Shown here piece by piece: positions 17,301 to 26,124 of a DNA stretch of 64,000 bases. The position numbers were made by a program, and so were the translations under genes. Positions within the stretch are counted from its first letter, which is position 1; every line of letters starts with the position of its first letter. Under the pieces are notes generated by a model. It made no database searches. It was not told the DNA's origin and worked only from the letters and a program-made list of their open reading frames with translations. This DNA is from an uncultured Eubacteriales bacterium (GTDB lineage Bacteria > Actinomycetota > Coriobacteriia > Anaerosomatales > JAAXUF01), in NCBI GenBank assembly GCA_964644675.1, contig CAZXWK010000006.1, forward strand, positions 16,341 through 80,340, given 5' to 3'.

Positions 17301-19112
17301 GGCGCACCCACCAAGCTCGCCGTACAGGATGCCGACGGCACGTGGCGATCCGTCACGGCCTCGGTGGGCGCGGTTCCGGCGGCGCCTGAGTTCGAGCGGC
17401 CCTACGTGTTCGATCTGACCAAGGCGGTCAAGGGAACCACGGGCAAGGTGCGATTCACGTTCTTGTTCCGCACGCTCATCGACTACATCGCCGTCGACAC
17501 CTCGAAGGACGAGCCCGTCAAGGTGACCGAGGTCCCGCTCGTCTCGGCGAAGCTGTCCTACCACGGCGTGGACCGGTACGCCGTGGTCGACGGTTCGCCT
17601 TCGTACTCGTACGGCACGCCGGTCGCCGCGGGCACCTTCTTCCCGGGTGCCTACACCCGCTACGGCGAAGTGGCACCGCTGCTCGACGCGGTCGACGACA
17701 AGTTCGTCGTGGCCGGCCAGGGCGATCAGCTCGACCTCTCGTTCACGGCTCCCCAAGCGCCGGCGTCGGGGCTCGCGCGCCACTACGTCTTCTCGCCCTA
17801 CGGCTACTACAAGGACGCGAAGACGAGCGTCGCGAAGACCGTCGAGCCGCTGCCGTTCGAGGCGATGTCGAACTACCCGTACCCCGAGACCGAGCAGTAC
17901 CCGACCGATGCCGAGCACACGCGTTACCTCGAGGAGTACAACACGCGCGAGGAGAGCGGACCCGCCGTCCTGAGCAAGCTCGAGCTTCCGGCCCTCGACG
18001 GTACCGCGCTCGCCAGAGCCGCCGGGCCGCTGTCCGATCGGATCGCCCTTGCCGAGAACCCCGGTCGCGTCACCGGGCGGTGGCACGAGCGCCATGCGAC
18101 CGACGTCATCTCGCGCGGCACGACTGTGAGCCGCCTCGTCGCGTCGACCGCGCCCGTTCACTACTCGGTGAACACCGACTACAGCCTGCTGACCGTCGAG
18201 TACCGGCGCGACAGCGTCACGACGCTCGCGCCCGACGCGGGTTGGGCCAGTGCGGGCACGACGCCGACACCGGGCGAACCCGGAACGCCGGCAGAGGCGT
18301 CCGATCTCGACCAGGTTCTGACGCAGAACGGCACGTACTGGATCACGGATATCGCGGCCGCCGAAGGGGTCTACAACTGGCAGCTCATGCGCTATTCGCT
18401 GCCGACGACGCCGTCGCCCGCGGGTGTGCGCAGCGTCCGCGTCGCGTGGACCGGCCACGGCGAGCCGACGGCGAACCACCCGACCGCGCTCTACCTGTGG
18501 AACTTCAAGACCTCGCGCTTCGACGTCCTGGCGAGCGGCACGTACGGCACCGACACCAGCGTCAACTCGGTCCGAGACATGTCTGACGGCGGCGCCAGCT
18601 GCCTGACGTGTCACGACGGTTCCGCTCCCGCCGGCGTGAAGTTCCCCTCAGCGGGCAAGAACATCGCCGGCACCTGGGTGACGGGGGCCAGCGGGGACTG
18701 GCACGGTCCGCGCGTGGGACCAGGTGGCGGCGCCAGCACACCGCTCGCGGCACCCTACACCTACGGCCAGTCCGCGGCGATCCCGTGCGAGACCTGCCAC
18801 GATCCTCACGGGTCGGGCAGCCTCTATCACGTGCCGGCCATGGTCAACGGCGTGCCGAACGTGTCCGTCACTTCGAGCACGACCGTCGAATCGCTGTGCG
18901 CGCCATGCCACACCGGCACCGCATACGACTGGCACTACTGGACGTGCAACTACTGTCACAACGATGCCGACGCGCACGAGGGCGAGCCGACGATCCAGTC
19001 GGGCACCGACTGTCTGTCCTGTCACGGGCACGGCGTGACCTTCACTCACCCGCACGAACGTGCCTTCTGCCACGGTTGTTCGCCCGACGGCGCGCAGTGG
19101 CGTACGTTCTAG
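11373..19112 (+). CDS. Giant secreted multiheme c-type cytochrome with FN3-like repeats and two 'GSCPF' domains
   Basis: 15 canonical CxxCH motifs (CKSCH, CYVCH, CSGCH, CGSCH, CLACH, CVGCH, CDNCH, CYGCH, CTVCH, CTNCH, CLTCH, CETCH, CAPCH, CNYCH, CLSCH), one CTGFGSGGCH, several CxxCHxPH, Sec-type signal ending AATPAFA. True start uncertain (TTG 11373 or 11466). Confidence 0.93.
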   Translation: MWGIRTGGPLNARNSAIGGPGTLPTVSRLSALFEGRLSRYPVPSSIPAFVALTSAFVTFVLLACALAATPAFAANPHTGLSPSTDQCKSCHAGHGSPSSSSLLTESDQKALCYVCHDGTQSAYNVQQEFGDRADGSSSKASRHPVSPGQLECSGCHTPHRGPLEGNPMSLAAGASDETTGNAVCGSCHGAGSSLPQGDMMTNYVGTAHDTSMSASETGGSSIKCLACHEPHGSDNTALIATTVRSLSGETRTVSVNASTGSTPLCVGCHDTSDGTFGGGAAYMGTPHSSATTSTVASVNFPGTTGDPGDCDNCHSPHGTGKPHMARAAGDDLCYGCHDAAGTTKPAGYSYQGKSAYQGSGHATMNAGDIPQVVSLTASSTDFQAFESTQAPTPSSPGTPMTAEKTQRLVSVDSSYAVTSLATATGQHDYQVYRFKVPADVADTQWLNLSWAGYGEELAGYETSVSVWSKSANGGSGGWSRISNGLMADRTAVTAKLANAPDLIDANGYVWVMGDAKNVRQSTIVGTPSVSFPTSTTAQITWTTEGYASSWVDYGITSSYGSTVGTNTRTVSHSVTVPITAGGKYRFQVRGTARDGDSSSSGELGFSASVVTLVPAPDLSGTQTTFSQTFNWAHNDPAGEPYTYDIRIRTAYYPYDQTLTGLTASTLTTDVFCYGSSYAIYDWQVRGRDKDGYYTPWSAIDQFTVRDLTPNPGGSCPFLFVWNGFGYGFEADINTAGMIGSKNTSGYIKPDPKDRYILTNPPAETLGGYEFRMVEERNEIDYTDELKLYTVDLPEGVELVAEKGERGGTSPAFPGGLHTVQNLRAPVSVYRTDTGEDVTDAIALTDEQRVQLNEDANIGFDYKTLEIDLGDVSGAPQVKIVMNAQSLRPFTPEGLARQRSFGAGTKLEVQRTDGTWELVPTSEATLPNAMEFGRTYAFDITKAMHDTTGKVRFTYLFKTYIDMIGVDTSLDIPVYPVEVPMTSASLGSHGVDSRSNSTDIYKYVYGTQTGEGSLFPGAYTRYGDVTPLLQSTDDKFVVYGQGDELTLRFLKASEPAPGTRRSFVVYVDGYYKSMKSAVEHAVDPMPFAAMSNFPYGADEHYPDDADHVAYQQEYNTRLVEATTSAAPPLVATAESASTLHRSLNVDFVSVDVGIRISASEGGTGCTVCHAVHGGGAKNADGTETTGTLVAPEPQLCTGFGSGGCHDNATRTAAGVNVNERITASGNNLTHHDLTEFAQAQTGARITCTNCHDPHTNNALSPSSNPDAITASLPTSMGPYLDANGATYLLVGAMHDATAPTITSGPTIAGAGSGSTVLTPTVTWTTNEPSTSWIDFGVSSGVYMMSFGNNALVTSHTATATGLEVDTTYYWRARTVDALGNVRTSAEATYSTTMPAGSITSGPTLSGNGWSNYQTPSVTWTTSDQFSTILEWGTSSGSYTSDYSASAMTTAHAAAMSGLTTDTVYYWRVRGVDAIGRSVTSAEATYQASPPAQPVILTGPIISGPTWSTFTSPTVAWTTSGLTTSWLQYGTSSGSYTSSVGTNTLSTTHSVTASSLTSGTVYYMRVFGLDPVNRLVVSNEFTYTPTTPAAPIITAGPTIDGSTYAKSSSPVITWTTGDIASTWVDWGTSPGVYTSNVNVAGNTTGHTVTLSGMTYGTTYYWRARSVDPDGRIVTSGESAYTPVAYPSPSVASVAPNPAYYDSSIQAGAAVSASCTVSTIANSNSLEYRLLLDNVAYGSWQSSTEWTLPTVGVGTHGLKVAVRDAATPSSVTTGTTETYFDVVDTWVGWGSCPFVYTWDGSSYRFEADTLTAARIGGPTATGFQQPNPNDAYVVKTVPAVEDGTINFRLVEERKEVDYLDTYKLFAVDAPASLQVFAEKAVAGVRTFPPLGSALHTVRALRAPVSAVRTDTGEDVLAAISTDDGDRIALNESAETSFTYKTIELDLGDQVATAPQVKVVMNALSEFPVTPEGIERRFTFGAPTKLAVQDADGTWRSVTASVGAVPAAPEFERPYVFDLTKAVKGTTGKVRFTFLFRTLIDYIAVDTSKDEPVKVTEVPLVSAKLSYHGVDRYAVVDGSPSYSYGTPVAAGTFFPGAYTRYGEVAPLLDAVDDKFVVAGQGDQLDLSFTAPQAPASGLARHYVFSPYGYYKDAKTSVAKTVEPLPFEAMSNYPYPETEQYPTDAEHTRYLEEYNTREESGPAVLSKLELPALDGTALARAAGPLSDRIALAENPGRVTGRWHERHATDVISRGTTVSRLVASTAPVHYSVNTDYSLLTVEYRRDSVTTLAPDAGWASAGTTPTPGEPGTPAEASDLDQVLTQNGTYWITDIAAAEGVYNWQLMRYSLPTTPSPAGVRSVRVAWTGHGEPTANHPTALYLWNFKTSRFDVLASGTYGTDTSVNSVRDMSDGGASCLTCHDGSAPAGVKFPSAGKNIAGTWVTGASGDWHGPRVGPGGGASTPLAAPYTYGQSAAIPCETCHDPHGSGSLYHVPAMVNGVPNVSVTSSTTVESLCAPCHTGTAYDWHYWTCNYCHNDADAHEGEPTIQSGTDCLSCHGHGVTFTHPHERAFCHGCSPDGAQWRTF
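15330..16420 (+). repeat. Four tandem FN3/purple-acid-phosphatase-N-like repeats in the cytochrome
   Basis: VTWTT/VTWTT/VAWTT/ITWTT start at 15330, 15618, 15909 and 16200 (spacing 288, 291, 291 nt). Each repeat has W/L..(F/W/Y)G..SG.Y, H and T.YY(W/M)R. Confidence 0.85.
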
Positions 19113-19214
19113 CAGCGGGCCCGACCGGCCGGGCAGACCGGTCGCCGGAGGTTATCGGACGGCAACACTCGGGCTTCGGGGCTTTGCCCGCCCATTCCGA
19201 CTAGGGCATACTGA

Positions 19215-20567
<1,353 letters not shown>

Positions 20568-20612
20568 GCGGCGACATTCCATAGCCTCAACACACGGCCG
20601 GACGGCCTGGCG

Positions 20613-20620
20613 GGTACAAT
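20613..20620 (+). promoter_or_regulatory. Putative -10 element of the GT2 gene
   Basis: GGTACAAT about 45 nt upstream of the TTG start. The same GGTAnnnT pattern recurs at 478, 11357, 24961, 50935 and 56089. Confidence 0.5.
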
Positions 20621-20664
20621 CGTAGGGCACCGGACAGTCGGTCCGATGTCAGGGGAGACACGAC

Positions 20665-22206
20665 TTGGCGAACGAGATAGTGAATAACGCGGACTCGCGC
20701 CGCAACTTCGGGCACGTCCTTCCGGGCGCGCTGTCATGGGCTGTCATCGTCCTGGCCGTGCTGGGCTCGCTCCTGTTTCCGCGGGTCTGGCTGGCCATCG
20801 CCACCATCTTCATGGCCTACGTCGTCTTCAGGCTGGTCGTGACGGCCAGCTTCATGGCGTGGGGGCAGCACCGCATCCACCAGGCCGAGAAGACCGATTT
20901 CACGCTCGGCGAGGATGAGGTCGGGCCGTTCGGGTTCGCGCCCTCTGATCTGCGGCACGTGGTCATCATCCCGAACTACAAGGAGCCCGCGGAGATCCTT
21001 CGCAGAACGCTCGAAGGCCTTGCGGCGCAGCACCGCGCCCCCGAGCGGCTCATCGTGGTTCTCGGCATGGAAGAGCGCGAGCAGGGGGCGCTCGAGAAGG
21101 GCTTGGCGCTCACCGCTGAGTTCGAGGGTCGGTTCCTGCACACGCTCGTGACCGTGCATCCCGGCAACATCGCCGGCGAGGAGCCCGGCAAGTCGTCGAA
21201 CGAGACGTGGGCCGCACGCAAGGCGCGGGCCGAGCTGGACGTCATCGGCGTGCCGATCGAACTCACGACGATCACGTCCTGCGACGCGGATTCCGTGCTG
21301 CACCCCAAGTACTTCTCGGCGGTGGCGGGCTCCTTCGCGGCGGACGAGCTGCGGTTCCGGACGTTCTGGCAGGCGCCGATCTTCTTCTACAACAACCTCT
21401 GGCAGGTTCCTGCGCCGGTGCGCTTCACCACCTCGTTGCAGCACGCGACCCAGCTGTCTGAGCTCGCGATGCCGTTCTACAACGCGCTCCCCATCTCGAC
21501 CTACACCCTCTCGATGCAGACTGCCGAGCAGTGCGGCTGGTGGGACGTCTCGGTGATCCCCGAGGACTGGCACTCGTGGCTGAACTGCCTCTTCGAGATG
21601 GGCGATGACATCCAGACCGTCCCGGTGTTCCTGCCCACGATGGGCGACGCGACGGACGGCGAGACGCTCATGGACGCCGTGCGCAACCGGTTCGAGCAGC
21701 TCAAGCGCCACTCTTGGGGTGCCGAGGACGTGGGGTTCATCTATGGCCAGCTGACTCAGCGGAAGCACACGTGGCGCCAGGCCACCGTCTTCCGTTTCGC
21801 GCAGGTCTTGCACGACCACGTGATGCGGGTCATCGGCTGGGTCTTCCTGATGAGCGTGTACGCGCTGAGCGCGTACTACACGCAGCTGCACTGGTACGAC
21901 TTGGGCTGGCACGCTTCAGTCGCGCAGAACCTCGCGGTACTGCGGTTCATGATGACCATCGGCGGTAGCGTCATGATCGGTTCGATCGTGGTCGAGCTGT
22001 GGCGTTGCCCGCCGCCCGACTCCGTCTCGAAGCTCAAGACGGCGGTCGAGCTCATGCTCATGTGGTTCCTGCTGCCGGTCATCGGGTTCTACCTTGGCAT
22101 GGCGCCCGCGCTCAGCGCGCAGACCCGGCTGCTGCTGGGGATCCCGCTCGGCTACAAGGTCACCCCGAAGCGCTTCACGGCCCCGGAGCCCCAGAAGGCC
22201 GGCTAG
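20665..22206 (+). CDS. Membrane-embedded family 2 glycosyltransferase (processive type)
   Basis: VIIPNYKE, GKSSN, SCDADS (DxD), IPEDW (acceptor Asp), QLKRHSWG (QxxRW variant), N- and C-terminal TM helices. Confidence 0.85.
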   Translation: MANEIVNNADSRRNFGHVLPGALSWAVIVLAVLGSLLFPRVWLAIATIFMAYVVFRLVVTASFMAWGQHRIHQAEKTDFTLGEDEVGPFGFAPSDLRHVVIIPNYKEPAEILRRTLEGLAAQHRAPERLIVVLGMEEREQGALEKGLALTAEFEGRFLHTLVTVHPGNIAGEEPGKSSNETWAARKARAELDVIGVPIELTTITSCDADSVLHPKYFSAVAGSFAADELRFRTFWQAPIFFYNNLWQVPAPVRFTTSLQHATQLSELAMPFYNALPISTYTLSMQTAEQCGWWDVSVIPEDWHSWLNCLFEMGDDIQTVPVFLPTMGDATDGETLMDAVRNRFEQLKRHSWGAEDVGFIYGQLTQRKHTWRQATVFRFAQVLHDHVMRVIGWVFLMSVYALSAYYTQLHWYDLGWHASVAQNLAVLRFMMTIGGSVMIGSIVVELWRCPPPDSVSKLKTAVELMLMWFLLPVIGFYLGMAPALSAQTRLLLGIPLGYKVTPKRFTAPEPQKAG

Positions 22207-22251
22207 CGCGGCCGAGGCAACGTCCCCACTCGAGAGCGGCAGGTGGTACCC

Positions 22252-23544
22252 ATGCGCGTACTCGTCATCGGTTCTGGCGGACGCGAGCACGCCATCGTGC
22301 ATGCGCTGGCCGGGTCGCCCCAGGTCGAGGCCATCTTCGCGGCGCCGGGCAACGGCGGCACCTCAGGCGAGCGGGCGGCCGTGAACGTGCAGCTCGACGT
22401 GACCGACCACGACGCGGTGGTCGCGTTCGCGCAGGAGAACCGCGTGGACCTGGCGGTGATCGGTCCCGAGGCACCGCTGGTGGCCGGGCTTGCCGACGAC
22501 CTGCGGGCCGCCCAGATCCCCACCGTGGGCCCGGGTTCGCGAGGTGCCGCGCTCGAAGGCAGCAAGTCGTTCGCGAAGGACCTCATGCTGCGCGCCCACG
22601 TTCCCACGGCAGAGGGACGAGCGTTCACCGAAAGAGGAGAGGCGCTGGCCTACCTGGCCACGCTGGGCGCGCCGGTCGTCGTGAAGGCTGACGGCCTCGC
22701 GGCCGGCAAGGGCGTGACCGTCGCCCCCGACATCGCGACCGCCGCCGCCGCCGTCGAGGAGTGCTTCGATGGCCGCTTCGGCGATGCGGGCATGACCGTG
22801 GTGATCGAGGAGTGCCTCGTCGGACCCGAGGTTTCGCTCCTCGCCTTCGTCGACGGCACCACCGTGCTCCCGATGGCTCCCGCGCAGGACCACAAGCGCG
22901 TGGGCGACGGCGACACCGGTCCGAACACCGGCGGCATGGGCGTCTACTCGCCCGTCCCCGGCATCCCCGCCGACGTCTACGGCGACATGGTCAGCATCCT
23001 GGAGCGAACGGCCGGCGCATTGGTCGCCGAGGGGATCATGTATCGCGGCATCCTGTACGGCGGCTTCATCCTGACCGACGAGGGCCCCAAGGTACTCGAG
23101 TACAACGCCCGCTTCGGCGACCCCGAGACGCAGGTGCTGCTGCCGCGTCTCGAGACCGACCTCGCGCAGGTGCTTCAGGCGGTGGCTCTTGGCGAGCTCG
23201 AGTCGCTCGGCGGGCTCTCGTGGTCGCGCGACGTCGCCGTCTCGGTCGTCGTCGCGAGCGGTGGCTATCCGGGTGACTACGAGACCGGCAAGCCGATCTC
23301 GGGGATCGAAGCGGCGGAGGCCGATCCGGGTGTCGTGGTCTACCATGCCGGCACCAAGCGCCTCGACGACGGTTCGCTCGTCACCGCAGGCGGCCGCGTC
23401 CTCAACGTCACCGCGTTCGCCGAGGACTTCGCGAGCGCCATCCAGAAGGCCTACGAGGCGGTCTCGAAGATCTCGTTCGACGGCGCCTTCTACCGTCACG
23501 ACATCGCCAATCGCGCGGTCGCCGGACAGCCGGCGTCCGAGTAG
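22252..23544 (+). CDS. purD: Phosphoribosylamine--glycine ligase
   Basis: RVLVIGSGGREHA, APGNGG, LEGSKSFAK, VVKADGLAAGKGV, GPNTGGMG, EYNARFGDPETQ. Confidence 0.98.
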   Translation: MRVLVIGSGGREHAIVHALAGSPQVEAIFAAPGNGGTSGERAAVNVQLDVTDHDAVVAFAQENRVDLAVIGPEAPLVAGLADDLRAAQIPTVGPGSRGAALEGSKSFAKDLMLRAHVPTAEGRAFTERGEALAYLATLGAPVVVKADGLAAGKGVTVAPDIATAAAAVEECFDGRFGDAGMTVVIEECLVGPEVSLLAFVDGTTVLPMAPAQDHKRVGDGDTGPNTGGMGVYSPVPGIPADVYGDMVSILERTAGALVAEGIMYRGILYGGFILTDEGPKVLEYNARFGDPETQVLLPRLETDLAQVLQAVALGELESLGGLSWSRDVAVSVVVASGGYPGDYETGKPISGIEAAEADPGVVVYHAGTKRLDDGSLVTAGGRVLNVTAFAEDFASAIQKAYEAVSKISFDGAFYRHDIANRAVAGQPASE

Positions 23545-23566
23545 CCACGCCAAGGAGCCCCGGCAC

Positions 23567-24934
23567 ATGCTATCCGAGCGTCTTCTGACCGCGGTCATGC
23601 GCCGCACGAACGACCGCTATCTCACGCTCGGCCCGTCGGACGCCGACCAGCTGCCCGCCCCGGTGGCCGACCGGCCGTACCTGCTCTACGTGCACGTGCC
23701 GTTCTGCGAGCGGCTCTGCCCCTACTGCTCGTTCAACCGCTTCCCGTACCACGCCGAGCGCGCTACGGCCTACTTCGCCCAGCTTCGCGAAGAGATGCGC
23801 ATGGTGGCGGACCTGGGCTACGACTTCCCCGCGATGTACATCGGGGGCGGCACGCCGACGATCGACATCGACGAGCTCGTTCAGACCATCGACCTCGCGA
23901 AGTCGCTCTTCTCCATCAAGGAGGTCTCCGCCGAGACCAACCCCAACCACCTCTACCCCCAGTGGATCGACCCGCTCGTCGAGCGCGTCGACCGCTTCAG
24001 CGTCGGAGTCCAATCGCTCGACGACGACTTGCTCAAGCAGATGGACCGCTACGACAAGTACGGCTCGGCCGAGCAGATCCTGGAGCGGCTCCAGTCGATC
24101 GAGGGCCGGTTCCACTCGCTCAACGTCGACATGATCTTCAACTTCCCGAGCCAGACTCCCGAGAAGCTCGCGCGCGACATCGAGCTGCTCAAGGCGACGC
24201 GTGCCAACCAGACGACCTTCTACCCGCTCATGGCGTCGCCGGCGGTGCGGGAGTCGCTCAAGCGGACCGTCGGGCCGGTGGACTACGCTCGTGAGGCCCG
24301 CTACTACAAGCAGATCGCCGAGGGGCTCTCGGACACCTTCGCCCCGGCGAGCGCGTGGACGTTCTCGCGCACCGGTGGCGGCATGATCGACGAGTACATC
24401 GTGGACTACGAGGACTACGTGGGCATCGGGAGCGGCGCCTTCTCCTTCCTCGAGGGCGCGCTGTACGTGAACACCTTCTCGCTGAAGAGCTATGCCGAGC
24501 GGATCGGTGCGCGCAAGACGCCCGCGACGCAGATGCGTCGCTTCGACCGCAAGGACCGCATGCGCTACCGCTTCCTCATGTCGCTCTTCGGCATGCGGCT
24601 CGACAAGCGGCAGTTCGCCGAGGACTTCGGCGTGAGCATCGACTTGGGGCTCGCCGTCGAGATGGCGTTCATGCGCTCGGCGGGTGCCTTCACGATCGAC
24701 AACGCGGACGAGTTGGTTCTCTCGGCGACGGGGCGCTACCTGCTCGTCGCGATGATGCGGGAGTTCTTCGTCGGCGTGAACAACCTCCGCGATCAGGCAC
24801 GAAGCGCGCTGACGACCCCCGAGAAGGAGCTGCTCTTCGGCGACGGAGAGAGCCCGTGCGCTCCCTCGGCCGACGAGGCGGTCGCCGCGGCCGTCGCCGA
24901 CACGGAGAGCGCCGAGCACTCGGTCCTTCCCTAG
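23567..24934 (+). CDS. menK: HemN-like class C radical SAM enzyme, probably menaquinone C-methyltransferase (MenK/MqnK family)
   Basis: LYVHVPFCERLCPYCSF (CxxxCxxC), YIGGGTP, SVGVQS, NVDMIFNFP, QTTFYPLM. The MLSERLLT start and QxTxYPLM segment match my recollection of coriobacterial MenK; HMM check needed. Confidence 0.65.
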   Translation: MLSERLLTAVMRRTNDRYLTLGPSDADQLPAPVADRPYLLYVHVPFCERLCPYCSFNRFPYHAERATAYFAQLREEMRMVADLGYDFPAMYIGGGTPTIDIDELVQTIDLAKSLFSIKEVSAETNPNHLYPQWIDPLVERVDRFSVGVQSLDDDLLKQMDRYDKYGSAEQILERLQSIEGRFHSLNVDMIFNFPSQTPEKLARDIELLKATRANQTTFYPLMASPAVRESLKRTVGPVDYAREARYYKQIAEGLSDTFAPASAWTFSRTGGGMIDEYIVDYEDYVGIGSGAFSFLEGALYVNTFSLKSYAERIGARKTPATQMRRFDRKDRMRYRFLMSLFGMRLDKRQFAEDFGVSIDLGLAVEMAFMRSAGAFTIDNADELVLSATGRYLLVAMMREFFVGVNNLRDQARSALTTPEKELLFGDGESPCAPSADEAVAAAVADTESAEHSVLP

Positions 24935-25030
24935 CAGACGCCGCGCTCCGGCCCGTTTCTGGTACGCTTCCCGCCGAGGGATGCGCCCCCGGGTTCAGGG
25001 GGCGTGACGGAGACGCGCTGGGAGGGTCTG

Positions 25031-25492
25031 ATGGCCGAAGAGCCGCTGGTCGGAATCATCATGGGCTCGCAGTCCGACATGGGCGTGATGGAGCTGTGCG
25101 CCGAGCAGCTCGAGGAGCTGGGCGTGCCCTTCGAACTGGTGGTCGCGAGTGCTCATCGCAACCCGGACCGGGTCCACGAGTGGGCCTCGACGGCGGCGGA
25201 CCGCGGCATGAAGGTCGTCGTTGCCGCGGCGGGCAAGGCGGCGCACCTGGGCGGCGTCGTCGCCGCGTTCACCCCTCTGCCGGTCATCACCGTCCCGATG
25301 AAAACGAGTGACCTTGGGGGCCTCGATTCGCTGCTCTCGATGGTGCAGATGCCGACCGGAGTGCCGGTTGCGTGCGTCGCGATCAACGGCGCCAAGAACG
25401 CCGCCATTCTCGCCACTCAGATACTGGGCACCTCGATGCCTGAGTATCGCGAACGGATCGTCGACTTGAAGAGGCGCATGGCCGAGGCGTGA
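25031..25492 (+). CDS. purE: N5-CAIR mutase
   Basis: [39 protein letters not shown]. Confidence 0.96.
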   Translation: MAEEPLVGIIMGSQSDMGVMELCAEQLEELGVPFELVVASAHRNPDRVHEWASTAADRGMKVVVAAAGKAAHLGGVVAAFTPLPVITVPMKTSDLGGLDSLLSMVQMPTGVPVACVAINGAKNAAILATQILGTSMPEYRERIVDLKRRMAEA

Positions 25493-25537
25493 CGCGGTGG
25501 CTTTCGGGTAACCGGACGCTCACGCTGTCACCCCGCG

Positions 25538-26008
25538 ATGCCGATACAACGTATACCTGAACGGACGCGGACTCAGGGGGGTGAGTCGGCAGTGGGGGAA
25601 CGCACAGGGGGAGACCGAGGCTTCACGGTCATCGAAGTCCTGATCGTGGTGCTCATAATCGGAATCCTCGTCGCCATCGCGATGCCCGTGTTCTTCGCGA
25701 CGCGCGCGCGCGCCGAGCAGAAGACCTGTTTCGCCAACCAGCGCACCGTGGAAGGCGCCGTTCCCACGTGGCAGGCCCAGGATCCCGACGTCCATGACAC
25801 CAGTTCGATCGTCGGCGTGGTGGACAGCAACCACCCGCTGATCGCGGACGGGATCATCGCTTCGCCGCCTCGCTGTCCGTCCGCGCCCGCTCCGGCCGAT
25901 TCGCAGTTCCCCACGATCGCCGAGGGAGCCTACTCCTTCAATGCGGCAGGCGATCTCGAGCCCTGCGAGCAGGGGCTTCTCGGCGAACATGGGCGCTACT
26001 CCGACTAG
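25538..26008 (+). CDS. Type IV pilin-like protein (prepilin cleavage/methylation domain)
   Basis: DRG|FTVIEVLIVVLIIGILVAIAMP class III signal with E5. Start may be GTG 25592. Confidence 0.9.
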   Translation: MPIQRIPERTRTQGGESAVGERTGGDRGFTVIEVLIVVLIIGILVAIAMPVFFATRARAEQKTCFANQRTVEGAVPTWQAQDPDVHDTSSIVGVVDSNHPLIADGIIASPPRCPSAPAPADSQFPTIAEGAYSFNAAGDLEPCEQGLLGEHGRYSD

Positions 26009-26124
26009 ACGTCGGACCCGCTCGAGCGCGCTCCGATCCGCTCGGGTTCTCAGCGCGCGACACGTCGGCGATACTGTTCCCACTGCGCCGCCAGCACGGC
26101 GCCATTCATCCTGCGGGAGGCGGT

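Noticed and set aside
23567-24934. Annotation as coproporphyrinogen III oxidase HemN
   Set aside because: No hem genes adjacent, and sequence features fit the MenK/MqnK branch better, pending phylogeny.
25622-26008. Pilin as an electrically conductive e-pilin partnering the cytochrome
   Set aside because: Only about 9 F/Y/W in about 128 mature residues, with a gap of about 45 residues lacking them; it is not a short Geobacter-type pilin and there is no pilus operon.
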